A stretch of 63,323 nucleotides of DNA, counting the filler, from Perkinsus chesapeaki ATCC PRA-425 (lineage: Eukaryota > Protista > Perkinsozoa), in NCBI GenBank assembly GCA_013115145.1. It is 4 parts of 4 records of this genome, joined end to end, with 100 filler letters (N's around TTAATTAATTAA, not from the genome) between each part and the next. Parts side by side here need not be neighbours in the genome. Positions count along the whole stretch, not along the records: positions 28,831 to 49,903 come from JAAPAO010000604.1; 3 more parts are not named here. One strand, given 5' to 3'. Of this stretch, positions 32,944 through 45,946 are shown one piece after another (position 1 is the stretch's first letter; each line of letters begins with the position of its first letter). Under the pieces are notes generated by a model. That model was not told where the DNA came from. It did no database searches and worked only from the letters and a program-made list of their open reading frames with translations. The position numbers and the translations under genes are program-made.

Positions 32944-35900
32944 CTAATGCCGACGGCTTCTCCCTCGACTGCGGCTCCGACTAGATCGCCTCGACCGTCT
33001 TGGAGAGTGATGCTCGCGCGGCTCCGGAGGGACCCCGCAAATTTGCATGTGCTTGTAGATGAGCAGCTTCCACATTTTGAGGACGAAAGACTGACAATGA
33101 TTAAAAATAATGATAAGTTTAATATCGAGGGAGATTGCAAGTAGAGCAGCGTAAAGCTGGGAATTTCGTCAACTGCGTGCCGCCGGCTTGAGCTGTAAAG
33201 GGATTGAGGCAACACAACAAGCTTGAGCCAAGATGGCTACATTAGCGATAGACCTCTCCTCTAGTGCACATAAGCCTCTAAAGTACTCAAAGCGGGGGAC
33301 TACTACAATTGAGTAAAATATGAGTAAAATGCGCACGCCTCTAAATTGCTCGATGCGAGCAGCCTCTGAAGATGATCGCTAATCTTAACATGAGCAACCA
33401 GAAGGGAAAGGTTGCGAGGCTTTACAGTTGCGTTATAGAAGAGCGCTTTCCCAGAATACCAAGCTATTCCAAGCGGTATCATTATTACTTCAGTTTCATC
33501 ATCTAAGAAAGGCTTAAGGTCGTTGATACACTGCTGCACTGGAGTCTCGGCATCCATCCTCTCCAGTATAAGATTAAGCATTCTAGGCTCCATCACACCT
33601 GAGAAAAGATTCTCCCGAGGTTGAATAGGATCAGAGGAGTGACTCTACTCAACAGCACTCAAGCCAAATCGGTCTGATCTAGGATAACCAAACGGAAGCC
33701 CCACAGGCATCTGTCAGCCTTTGGTTGCACACATTAATTTCCCCACCAAATATACCCTATCATGCTTGAAAAGGTAAAAAGAGATCTCGGACTTTGTTAT
33801 ATAGCAAAAAGCGGCGGCGCTTCCTTACCAAAGTATTCTGTGAGCTTCTTCTCCAACCATGGCTTCAATTGTAAGCGTAAAACATCAGACTCTTTAAGGG
33901 CATGCCAATCCAATTCGAAGTTCATTATTCCACTTCTAAAGATTAAGGATTACCAAACCCCAACAATTTTGTTATCTTACCTTGATCGAGGCATCGCCCG
34001 CAGGAGAGCTTGAGACTGCCGGAGAGCTGCTTCCTTAGCTTCGTGATCACGAGGCGCTAAAATAAAAATGTCACCCTGCTCAACAAGTAGCTCAAGTTGA
34101 TTGTTATCTACAACTTATCAAAACCGTATAAGTAACCTTCTATTTTCTCCCTTTCCCTATTGCCCTCGACTCTCACACATTTGTAATATATGAATATATC
34201 ACCAACGTTCCCACCTCGAGCACAAACTAGCACTCATAGATCTCATTGCTGAAAGCCGTTAATAATGCCAAAGGCGATCATGTTACTACCCTACTCCCAC
34301 AGACTTTGCAACTTTCCAACAGATACGATAGAAAAACTTTTGTGAGCCCCCTGTTGTAACTTCATTATGTGAACTCCGCATCGTCGTTTTACCCTCTCTA
34401 CCTTCCATCTGTTGTTGCTGTTGTATCCTTTGCTGCCTGACATGATCCTCAGCTCTGGTCTCAGCAAACATCTCCTTCGTTTTCTCGATGGATGAACCTG
34501 AGATACTCACCAATCGGAGCTACTGTACCAATGGCGCTCTATAAATTTTCATTTAACAACTATCGCTACCAGGATTTGCCTCATCTACATATTCCCTCCC
34601 AGGGGGCCATTGGGACATATAGGGCCAAACGAGGCCAGCGCACAAGAGCCGGAAGGATAGCCTCCGCATGGTAACGATTATACGACGATAATATACAACT
34701 ATAATAAATTTATTATGATAATAAAGAAGCTAATAGTCAATTATAACTACCAAATTCACTATTTCAGGTTACGGCTGCCAAACAGTGCACTCGCAGGTCC
34801 TATAAACCTATCCCCATATTCGCCGTCATTCCGCCTTACTACCGCTCTTCCTCTCAGCTTGCTGATCGCCACCAAATCCGAGCTTAGATCGATGATCAAT
34901 ATTTTGTTTCTTTCTCCGTCTAAGCTCCTGCATCTCCTCCAATAGTTGCCGTCTGGCCTCCTCTTCTCGCCTTTTTCGAGCCTCTTCTTCCTTCCTTCGT
35001 CGCTCCTCTTCCTCTTTAATCTCGCGGTGCTCGGCCGCTCGATCTCTGAAAGAATAGCCGTACAAAAATAACAAACAAACGAATGATCGAAAGACTTTGA
35101 TGCATCATACGTGACACGACAACGAGTACTAGTATTACTACAATAACGACTTTACTACACGCCTAACTTTGCCTGTTCAAGCCCTTGTTTATATCAGCAC
35201 CGTGGCTACACGGTAAAAGGATATAGGCCACAACAAGCCGCAATATACAACCCTGAATTCCCCTGTGCCCCTAGACATGTCACACTTCCATTGTGCAAAC
35301 TGTCCCCCTCCTACTCATCATCAAGCTCCTCTTCTCTTCTCCGATCCAACCGTCTCGAGCATCGTACAGGACCTTCATTCGGGTTGCCGTCCTAAGATCG
35401 CAGACGTGACAGACACAATAATCCAAATCGATCACCTGATCGATAAGCTCGAACCTCTCGCTCTCCTCCTGCATTTCCTCCTCGTTCTGTTTCTCCGACT
35501 CCAGCTCCCGATCCCTCTCGGTTCTTTCCCAGTTTCCTTTCCTCCTTTTATATCTACCAAATCTCATACCGCTCTCTCCTCCGAAATGCAGTACTCTTTC
35601 CTAATAGATTCCCTCAAATCCGCCCTTCGCCTCAGCCGTGCCATCTCCCTCGCCGAATCCCTATACCGTTTCGACAACGCCGACTGCGCAGCTCCGGACT
35701 CTCCACGGCCACTACGCTCGGCAGATGAGGCCCGACTTTTCCGGTCACCTCGAGCTCGGGATGCTTCCTAAAGATACTCCATCGCAATACATGGTAAAAA
35801 CCTTGACAGTGCGCACTCTCGAAGATACTCCTCCGGAAGTCTTCTCCTTCAACTGCTGCTCCTTCCATTCCTTATTCGCCTCAGTCACCAACGCTTCGAC

Positions 35901-37126
35901 GGCGGCCGCAGTTTCCTTCTCTCGTTGAATATCAATATCCTCCTGAAGACCACCGTCACTGCGCCACGAAACTCCCCCTTCTACCCTTGCTGTATAGTCA
36001 TCCACAAGCCTCTGGGCTCGTTCATCGCACTTGACCAGGATGCTCTTCCCACCGAGCTCCCGGCCATCGAGCAGCTCAATCGCCCTCCACACGCCACCAG
36101 CATCGGCAAACTCACAGTAGCCGAAGTTGAGCTCTTTCCCAGTAGAAGGGTCAATCTGTCGGCTCCAATTGACAACTGAGTAATGACAAGCTCCATATCG
36201 ACAACAAACGCAAAAAAAGCCACCTACTTGTTCCGCACTGGTCCAACAGTTTCCTAACAACAGAGTCATTGATAGCCAAACTGAGCCTGCCCACGTATGC
36301 CCGACAGGTCTCCTTCCTTGGGGGCGGCGCCGTCCTTATCGTCTCCTTCAATTCTACACTGTTATGTGACGGAGTAGCCTGCGGAAGGCCAGAGACCATT
36401 CCAGGAAACATGGAGGATTGAGATGACCCTGGGGGTGGTGGCGGCATGGCTCCACCGAAGAGGCCTGGCGGAGGGGCGGGCGGCTGAGGCAGACCTGGGA
36501 TATCTGAAATGAAGAGGAGAAATAGTGAATGACAAACCGACCATCGAGTGCAATTGCGAACGCTTTGGCAAAGCAAGGCGCCAGTCTCGACCTCTCGACT
36601 TTCTCGAAGCCTTCCTTTCAGACTTCCCCCCAGAAATAAGTGTTTCAGAGCCGGCCTTCTCACACAGTTTCTCTGGCATCGATGCCAGCTGCTGATGGCA
36701 TTTACTATATAACACATTTTTCCCACATAGACACCTTCGATGATGACTCATAGGTCCCCTGTATGAGGCCATGTCGATAATAAGTTCCTATCGGGCTCCA
36801 GAGCATCTGGAAACCTCTATTGCCCAACAGGAGATACGAAATAAGTAGTATCATTATTATTGTATTATAATTGTGTATATTTTTACTCAAGCCACAATAA
36901 ATGGTCATCCCCACTACTCACTCATGGGCATGTGTGGCATACCCGGTGGCATCATCCCTGGCATCATCCCTGGCATAGGGAACGACGGCGGTGGTCCTCC
37001 TCCACCTGGTGGAGGGGGAGGCGGAGGTGGAGGGAACTGTTGTTGATGCTGTTGTTGCTGGTCCGAGTTCGGGAAAGGGAACCCTCCAAAGCCCGCGGGG
37101 AACCCCATGCCTGGCGTTGGTAGCAT
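32944..37126 (-). CDS. RBM25: RBM25/Snu71 U1-associated splicing factor (Pro-rich, RRM, RE/RD repeat, PWI, RS tail)
   Basis: RRM RAYVGRLSL...WSRQIDPSTGKELNFGYCEFADAGGVWRAIELLDGRELGGKSILVKCD; RE-rich middle; PWI MLNLILERM...CINDLKPFLDDETE|SFVLKMWKLLIY; terminal RSRSRGRSRRH stop. Confidence 0.92.
33222..33240 (-). other. Relict spliced-leader sequence GTAGCCATCTTGGCTCAAG inside the last RBM25 intron
   Basis: Exact match to the last 19 nt of the Perkinsus long SL (ACCGTAGCCATCTTGGCTCAAG). Followed by CT, not a GT donor, so it is not an intact SL RNA gene. Confidence 0.85.
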
Positions 37127-37280
37127 TGTGGCAGCAAGGAAAACAATTAGCAGCCTATAACATATCCCAGCAACAACAGCAGCAGCGGCATTGGTACTAC
37201 ACGACACTGGATACTAGTGAGGTAGAAACATCATTAGGAATGATAGGCCACCACCACAATCAGCTTGGACATCAGTTATT

Positions 37281-40200
37281 CTACTCCCTCAACCACTCCA
37301 AGAATGGCTCCAAGGTAATCTCCAGCACGGATGCTGGGAAGGTCATATCGAAGTTCTCGAGCACCTGTGGGCAAGAGAAAGGTCCCGAGTTCGATCCCGG
37401 CACCTGTCATCTCACCTCAGGATGAAGCACACCCAAAATGCCTATGCAGACATCACCGACCATGACCTTTGCCTGTCGGCCCGGGAACATAGCCGAGTCG
37501 TTGATCTCCTCAAGATGGTATCGCCTCTGAACCCTCTTGTTCACATTCTCCTCGAAATCTGCTGCCAAGTTAAGTGACCACATGATTTGGTTCAGTAAAC
37601 CATGGATGGTCTCGAACCCACTAGTGGTGCCTGGAATGGGGACAGATTGCACAATCGCCACCCTCCCGCCTCCCTACCTGCAATGAGTGCTGCCAGCCTT
37701 CGCTCGTTACGAGCTCCGGTCTCAGCCAGGGAAGATTGTATAACAACATCAGATACCTGACAGCATTTCCAGTGAGTTAGCGGCGAGAGCGGTATGAGCC
37801 TATCCTGACCTCGAACAGCTTGATCGGAGGCGGGTTGTGCTTGTTTGACTGCAAAACCTTGAGGAGGCATGGAATCAAACTAGTTCGGCAAATCTCGAAA
37901 TCCCTGGTCTTAGGGTTGGACAGCTGCACCGGCACCGGGTTGATCTCATAAGGGTAATACTGGGACACCGCATCTGATAGAAAAACCGTATTCCACCACA
38001 ACTGGCATCGCGGGTATCACCGTGCGCAGCTAGCTTCGACTTCGGGCTCTTGGAGCCGACAGGCTGCTTCTGATAGGCTTTCGGGATCGGCTCGTTACCG
38101 GTGAGCTCCAGAACGACATCCCTGCCCAACGGTATGCGGCATGGCTTCACACCCAAAGGTCCCGGGTTCAATACCTCCTCATGAAATCATAGTTCTCCTT
38201 CGTATTTAACAACACCCATGTTAGACATTCACAGAACCCAGCCATGGCGCATTCCGACCTGATAGACAATTCCTACCACACTTCCTTCAAATCATCCACT
38301 AACCTCATCATGTCCGATAACCTATTGATAGGTTGCTCCTTAGGGAAGGTGACTGTGAGAGGGACAGTAGCATCCAAGTTGTTATAACCATACCTAACAA
38401 CAACAGAATAATGACGACAATAAAAAACAACACGACGAACAAATTATTAATGAGAATACAACGCGACAAAGTATACCGGGATATCGACCCTCCTCGAATG
38501 GTCACCGAGGCAAAGAAGAGGGACTATCACCATTTAGGGCGTACTAGTTATAAACCTCCATCACCTCTTCTCATTTTGTATCAGCAAGAGAGGATTATTA
38601 GCTCATTGTGATGGCAATTTCTCCGCTCGAACGCATGTCCTATTAGAGCCGGCCGCCCGAGTACCAATAATGATCAAAAGGGAAATGCTCATGATCATGG
38701 GCCGCCGCACAGTCTCCGCCAAATGATGAATGAGCATGGATAGTTGAGCAAGAGCGACGAGCATCCAACCCCACGCTTACGAAATAGCGAGATCCTCTAC
38801 AAGATCACACTCGTGCATGACATCGCTTCTCGTAACAGGTATGGTGACCTGCAATGTGTGGTTCGCTGCATCAATAACCTTCGATGGTAGGAACCTACAG
38901 CAAAGCCACATCGCAACCGAATCTTCATACCGCTCTTTTGCTACATCCTAGTCAGATCACTCGCAACCTGCTCATCATTGATTTTCTTCTCGATAGCGAG
39001 TGTCTTCCGAAGGTTCAATCCAGAGACCTCAATAACCCTCGAACTAAGGTCAGGGGTAATCATCGTCCTGCCAGCCCACTTCGAGGCATGGGCCGCCGAA
39101 TAAGTCACCGGCACGGGCTCCACCGTGAAGGGCTTCGCAGCATACTGTGAGAAGGCCGTCACCTGTCAAGGCCAAGAAAGTGCAACTCCCCTACCGATTT
39201 CCACAATTATTACCAACATGTTAACAGCGGTTTTGCCCTTAGTGAGATCAGTACATGTGCACTCGATGAAGACATCCCGAGTGTCCAATGTAATCTTGGA
39301 GAAATCAGAATTGATGATCGGAGGTAGAGACAGAATACGCCTGAAAGAGGTCCTCCCTCTCCAGCCTCAGACTCAGAATCGGCAGACTACTTTTTAGCAT
39401 CCCTAATAACAGGGTACAGCGGAGCGTCCTTTATGATAGGCAAATAGGCCTTCAGTTGTTGGTGATGGGACAGCACCTGACACAAAAGGGTGTGAAATGA
39501 CGAGCCTGGTATCATACTAATCATAAAAATTTCTACCGATATTATACGAATTCCCCACTAGCTTGTTAAGCGACAATATAGTTCCTCTGTAAAAGCACCA
39601 TACATAATACCACACAATAGCCTATAGGGATACTGCCACGGAGATAATAATTTAACACTCTATACCAGACCGGCCACCCTCTAGAGTGGCACGGAAATGT
39701 TCATTGATGACTCTGGCAGCAATGTTTTACCTCCATCATACGATTGCCGTCCATCTCCTCAGTCTGACCGAGTGGAATGAACTTGAATGAATCAGGTGGT
39801 AGAGCATCATAGGTGAAGGGACCTTGGATCTTAGAGAGGTCATGAGTACCTATCAACAATAATACGAAGAGGGCAGGCACCAACGACAATACGACAAGTC
39901 CGGGAAAATATAAAGCTACCAAAATTCCTCAAAGCAAATGATCTCGTCTGAAGGACACCCCTAACGACCATCTGGTCTCGTTCAACTTTAAAAAGCGTAC
40001 ACCAACACCGTGGGGTCAAGCATGGCAATATAGAGGGGATATGTGTCGAATCATCAGAGTTCATGATGATCGCGGAAGTACCGAAATCATGTATACCATC
40101 ACAACTACTCACCCATGCTTGCCAAAGTCCTCCTTCTGCAAATATTCTGATGAAGCTTATCTTGTAGGTCAATGAAACTCTGGTATCTAGCTTGATCGAA

Positions 40201-40734
40201 TTCAATACCTCTCAATATAGCACAAACCACATAGGGCCTCACTTGGGCCGTTTCAGGGGAGACCTAGTAGCACCACCAATTATCCCATGTTCCCCTCCTG
40301 ATCATTACCGTCATTGTGAGAGCTTTATCGGTCTGAACTGCTGGGCTCAAAGAGTAGGTTGGAGGCACCATGAGGCCCTTGAAAACCTATGTGAATAGCA
40401 TTACGATTTCGTGTTACTATTTGCCCTACCTTAAGTGCAGTAGTGAGGCCTTCTAGACATAGGAGATCGTACCGATTGGCAGGCACATCCACTTTATAGA
40501 TCACTCTCTTAGACTTCTTATCCGCCTCCTTGGCATCATAACCGCGTTCCCGAGTAAACATTTCGTATCTAAGGTTGAAGCTGGTATTTGGGGCGAATAA
40601 AAGATACCCTACTCGCTGGTAACCTCATCGAGCTCTAAGCCAAACTCGAAACAAAGGTGATCAAAGGATTCTTCGGTTAGGTCCTCGCCTAGCACTTCCT
40701 TCAATTCATCCTCGAAAACAGATACGGTAGGCAT
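37281..40734 (-). CDS. FARSB: Phenylalanyl-tRNA synthetase beta subunit (cytosolic type), multi-exon
   Basis: MPTVSV...[63 protein letters not shown]|[37 protein letters not shown]|VLENF. Confidence 0.97.
37370..37409 (+). pseudogene. tRNA 3'-half-like fragment (Ala-like) antisense within a 51-nt FARSB intron
   Basis: GGCAAGAGAAAGGTCCCGAGTTCGATCCCGGCACCTGTCA reads as anticodon-loop end, 3' anticodon stem, AGGTC variable loop, CCGAG-TTCGATC-C(T)CGG T-arm with a 1-nt deletion, and acceptor strand. Confidence 0.55.
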
Positions 40735-40979
40735 ACTACTAGTTAATAAATACCCAGGACAGGGGAGAAAGAATACTGACTTAGCCACCAACTCTATCGA
40801 CCTTTCTTGCATCTTTCACGCATCAACCTAAGATTCCGCCCATCGTCCACCTTATTACCAATAACCCCCCATTTAACGCGTAGTCTCTTTAGTACCATTC
40901 CTCCCCACCATTTCCCATACCATACCTTTCCCCCACCTAAGAACCACTTAACCAAACACCAACCAGCCAAATCGATTAG

Positions 40980-41550
40980 ATGGGCGCGCGCGAAATACAA
41001 ACGCGATGTCCTTTCCGCTCATTCATTCGTTGCAACTCCTCTTCTCAAACAATGACCACTTCGAACTATCGTAAATCCACCAGCAAACACAAAGCGGAAA
41101 TATTACGCAAGTGAGGCGCACTAGTAATCAAAGCGTTATTAATTTCGTTATAGAACGCTGTCGGCAACTCGACTACATCGAGCTCCGCTGTCTCACGCTG
41201 AAAGAAGGTTTTATCAACCACATATGAATAGCGATCCGCCAAGGCTACTAAGAACATGGAGATCTGAAGTGAGAAATTATAAAGGGGCTTAAATTTCATG
41301 TGTACCCTGTTCCTCGAGGGGCGTCAAAAGCACCTCAACCCGAAGTCTACTGTGATGGAAAATGTTTTCCTAGTGAAAGGGGGAGTTAATATTGGAGGAT
41401 ATCTCTGTATCGCCTTAGTTAGATTATGGGAGAACTGCGAATGGATTTCACTTCAAAACCATCTAAGAACTTACTCCAACTCCCAGACTGTATTCAGCCG
41501 CCACATAATTGACTTCCCAATCCGCCGAGTCTCAGTCCGCAACTCATCTA
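40980..41550 (-). CDS. Hypothetical protein; weak resemblance to a GINS (Psf3/Psf2) subunit; boundaries approximate
   Basis: Exon ISMFLVALADRY...VVELPTAFYNEINNALITSAPHL bounded by AG/GT. The similarity is only suggestive. Confidence 0.25.
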
Positions 41551-41980
41551 CACAGCAATTGCTGACTTGTTATGATAAACCTTTTTATTTAAACTCCCGA
41601 CCTTCCACGACTAGAGCCACGAAAATCGAACTCGATTCTTCAAAATTTAGTCATTCCTAGTGTGATCAAGCATCTCCGACGATCCTAGTACTAGGCAATT
41701 CGATGCGCACTCTCCGCACTTAGGCGTTTCTCCATAAAGCATCGGCCAGCCTGCTCCCTCCGATCCCCGTTCTAGCTAGACACAGAGCCGATAGCGTGCA
41801 CGGTATTATTGAAGGTGACCATCACTCTAAGAACACTAATGCTGGATTCTCCCGCAATGTCCTCGGAGGATTCTACACATCTTAACGAGAAATCTATCAT
41901 GTTAATGAACTAGTGATGTTCACTGTCATGTCCATGGGTTCGAGTTCAAGTCAACTGTATTGGAAGTCAGCCTACCGTCA

Positions 41981-43008
41981 ATGTCAAGCGAGTCACTGAA
42001 CCTTGGCGGTGGTTTGCTAACAGACGAACAGATCGATGAGTTCAAAGAAGCATTCGATATGTTTGATAAAGACGGCGAGGGTACCATAGGTCCTGACGAG
42101 TTCACGGTGAGTTGGTACTTAGTATAAGATACTAGCTCAAGATCAGAGAGGGCTGCTTCCCAAAGCTTGACTTGCTCCTAATAAAGTCTACAATAGTCAT
42201 CGAGAACCACATTCATATAATTTTGAGGGTTGCCCATCCGAACAAGCTGAAGGGTTTCGGATGCTTTCCACTGCATCTCTACCCAGACTTAACAGGACCC
42301 GACGGCAGCCTCGTGCAGGTTTGATGAGCTCTTAGATGACTCGCTCTGGAAGGGTTTATTGTGGTTAGAAGGTTCATACTCTGCGGGAGGCTCAATTGGC
42401 ATTGTCTAGAACATTTTGATATAGACAATGCAAAGAAAGTAGCCGAGTGCGGAGTCGACCACGGATTTACGAAGTTGAATGAAAATGGCGTGAAATCTCC
42501 AAATCAGAGAGCATGTTTATTATAAACGTCTGATAAAGCCAATAACAGAGCGGAATTCTCAGTCTATGATGAAAACACTCGGCCTGGAGTTGACAGAGAA
42601 GGAGGTTTTGCTTTTACTTCAAGAGGTTGATGAGGATAAATCTGGCGAGATCGAGTTCGAGGAGATGCTCAGCGCCTTGGTAGGCCTGTGAGTTGTAATT
42701 CGGCGCAGGTTCGATTCTCAGGTGCGGAATATGCGAGAAACCACAATTGAAGAACAGATGGAAGAAGCTTATAGAACTTTTGACAGAGACGACAAGGGCT
42801 ACATTGACAGCAAAGATCTCTCTAGAGTGGTTTGTGAGCTGGTAGGGAACCTGCGACTAGGCATAAGGAGCCTCAATTGCAGGGCGAGAACGACGTGACT
42901 GTGTCAGAGGCTAGAGTGATGATGCAAAATACGCTTGATGGGAGAGATAAAGTCACAAAGCGAGAGTTCATGGTCATGTTGAAAATGAGCGATGATCCTT
43001 CTACTTGA
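41981..43008 (+). CDS. Calmodulin-like EF-hand protein, 4 exons
   Basis: LTDEQIDEFKEAFDMFDKDGEGTI, VDEDKSGEIEFEE, FDRDDKGYIDSKDL; fourth EF loop degenerate (LDGRDKVTKRE). Introns join in frame. Confidence 0.9.
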
Positions 43009-43540
43009 ATGTCGAAGAGATTTGTGTTGAAATAAACAAGTGACGCGACAGATACTGAAAGGGAATTCATATGAAAGTAGCAATTGTGCAGAGTATTCCA
43101 CAATGCAAACGATACAACGGAAACTGAGCATCTTAATTCCAGTTAAGTGTATCGAATATTGCTTCCTCATAAACAAAAAGTTAACCTGGTCAACAATAAG
43201 TTAGCAGCTTCTAGAAACCCTTCCGCTGCGCTATGATTTCCGGCATGTAGGATAAACTCGAATCTGCGTGCCCTTCAAGGAACGACTCGTGAAACCGCTT
43301 GAAGAGGTTCGATAAGGCCCTTATCATAAAGGCGGTTCCTACACTTGTAGGTCCTTGTGACTTCTGACTCTCAAAGCCCAAGTTATGGCCGGGCTGCATT
43401 GTTCAAGTTGGCACCATGAACCGCGGTATAGTTTTTGTGATTCTTTTACCGGACAGGATTGTCACTCGATGGAACCGATGTATCTTTCCGATTCTTTCGT
43501 CGCAGGACGATACTGTGCACTACTACTACTACTAGCTAAC

Positions 43541-45657
43541 TCAAAGCTTGGGTATCATACGCGAAACACAACAATGCATCGTAAAGAGCTTAATCAGCAA
43601 CTGGCGGGGACCGAGGGATCATCTGGAGCTCTAAATTTTCTGGTGTATACGTGAAAGTCTGAATTGCACGAACAAGTGATATATCATGACTATGTTCAAT
43701 ATTATCAAAATGTCTAAGTATCATGGCCAAGAGTACAGTAGCTTCTTTCAAAGCCATAACTTGACCAGGACACTGTCGAGGGCCTCCACCGAATGCAAGA
43801 TGATCTCGGGCACGATCCTTGTCAATACCGCAACCATTGGACGATAGCCAACGTTCCGGCCTGAGTCAAGATAACTTGCCGGCAAGCTCTATCGCAGCCT
43901 TAGGGTATTTTACCCCTAGCAAGGAAAGCGACAGAGTACTCATAATTAGGAACCTATTAGGCGGCCAGAACATCAGCTTACCAAAAGGTTGTTCCGCCAC
44001 AGGACTCAGCAACCATAGCCTTGTGCAATAACGTCACAACAACGGCTCCGGGTAAGATATCTTGGCCAGCGAGTGTCGTATTGCGTATGCAAGCTTGGGG
44101 AAGAAACCCAGTAGCTGGTTTAAGCTGAATGCTAAGAACATATCACCGCACACGAACCGGTAAACTCACTCTTAGTGTTTCGAGAATACAACCCTGCGTA
44201 AAGGTGAGGAGCTCAAGATCAGCATCTACTGCTGGATCACGGCCCAGCTTATCAACTTCAACCCTGGCTTTGGTTTGGATATGTGGGTAAAGGCATAAAT
44301 AGTAAAGACACCACGCCACAGTAGTTGATGTGGTCTCACTACCAGCTATCAGAAATCTACTCATAGAGAGAAATGATACATCGAATCATGATAGACTGTC
44401 TCACGTGATAAGGTTGCCTTGTAAATCATCCTTCTCAAGATGCATTAACTTATCTAAAAGATCATCCCTTTCTTTGGATTCTCCTCGTATCTTCTCAGCT
44501 CGTCTCATCCCGATAATCTCTTCGCAAGTGGATCGAAGTCGTCTCACTCCTGTATGTAACTAAGCAACATAATGACCCAGAGACCCATCACTGATCCACC
44601 TTCCTTATCATTGGATTAAGATTCCATGGGAACCTATCTCGAGTCGCCCATGGAAGAGCTGCCCATTGCACGGCATATCCGGCACCAGCGAGGGAGTCCA
44701 TTATAGCTCCCTGGACATCTTCAAAGTGCTGGCTCAGTTGGATCTCTGAAAACTCAGTTTAAATTGATACGCTAAATCACGGCGGTGATCACAACTACTA
44801 CGGTATGACAGCAACTTACTCTCAGGATTCAAGAAATTGAAGTCCTTCCCTAGAGTCGCAGTACATAGGACATCTAGAGTACAAAGATGCAACAACTGTG
44901 TCGGAGACCAAACAATACGACCGTCCGGCTCACTGGCGAGGTGCTGTAGGCATCGCACCTACTGATAACGGGGTACCAGAATGGCGAAGCGTCGAGATGT
45001 ATTACTAGTTTAGCTGTAACTTTAGACATGGCATGGACCATAGCCGCCGAGTTGCTATCATTAAAAGCTGGAGCACCCAATCTTCTATTCCGCTTCCACT
45101 CATCTCCTTCAGTTGTAAACATACCCGAAATAGGCAACACCTTATCCTTATTGAAGGACCTCGTATAAGCGTTCGGCCGCTCCTTCAACACTTGGCGGAT
45201 TGAGTCTTGACTCGATACGACCACCATATCTTGTCCGAAAGCTCTGAATGATTGGTGAGCGAGCAGCATGAGCTCGAACTAGCATTTCAAAAGGCTGGTG
45301 TCACATGCCCTACCTGATATAGTAAATGCCACCATAGGTGTCGGCGAAGATTTCAAAGGCATAGAGACATTGCTCTAGAGTCCTCGGCAGAAACCCCCAG
45401 ATCGAGTTGAACTGACATACACTTTTAATGATGATGTGTTGTGTATTTGGTATGAGGCTTGATTGATCTATAAACCTCACCTGGGTGGGCCCACCGAATC
45501 GAGCGTGGAGATCGATGGTTGTTTGCTTTATACGTCTGAGAATTCTCAAGCCCAGTACCGAGATCACCCCAGTGACAAGCAACAAGCCACCACGTAAACC
45601 TAGGATGGCTTGGCACTTCCCTAACACTTTGTTAGTCACGGGGGATAGGATAGCCAT
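43541..45657 (-). CDS. Cytochrome P450, copy 1
   Basis: N-terminal TM anchor, GDEWKRNRR C-helix, FLIAGSETTS I-helix, ETLR, FW|PERW, FGGGPRQCPG haem motif. Confidence 0.92.
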
Positions 45658-45946
45658 GTGTGGAGTGCGGATAGTGATTAATTATCGTCGATACTAAAGA
45701 TGAAGTCTTGCGGCACTGAGTGACCGCATGACTCAAAAGGGTAGTGGTTCAACAATACCAACTCTACTTTGACAACTAGAGTGTCCTTATCGTCGTTGAC
45801 TGTTCGACTAGCTTGGACCAAGCATCATGCAATCCACGCGAGAGCACAAGTTTGTGAGAGGCGTAACAAATGAGATAAAACGTGTTGCACCGAATGCGTT
45901 GTTGGGACTCCCAACTTGGGAGAGTCTTGGTCGTACCGTGGACCTG

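Noticed and set aside
33222-33240. Interpretation as a functional SL RNA gene
   Set aside because: The first three SL bases differ (AAT vs ACC), no GT donor follows AAG, and no Sm-site-like motif lies just downstream; kept only as a relic.
35265-35771. 168-aa plus-strand ORF, and similar ORFs at 9047-9442, 9576-10004 and 16555-17010
   Set aside because: Antisense shadows of real coding exons (RBM25 RE repeats, kinase, RabGGTase).
42320-42535. TGATGA...CTGA box C/D-like motifs in the calmodulin-like intron
   Set aside because: About 210 nt apart, no terminal stem and no recognisable guide; the motifs are short enough to be chance.
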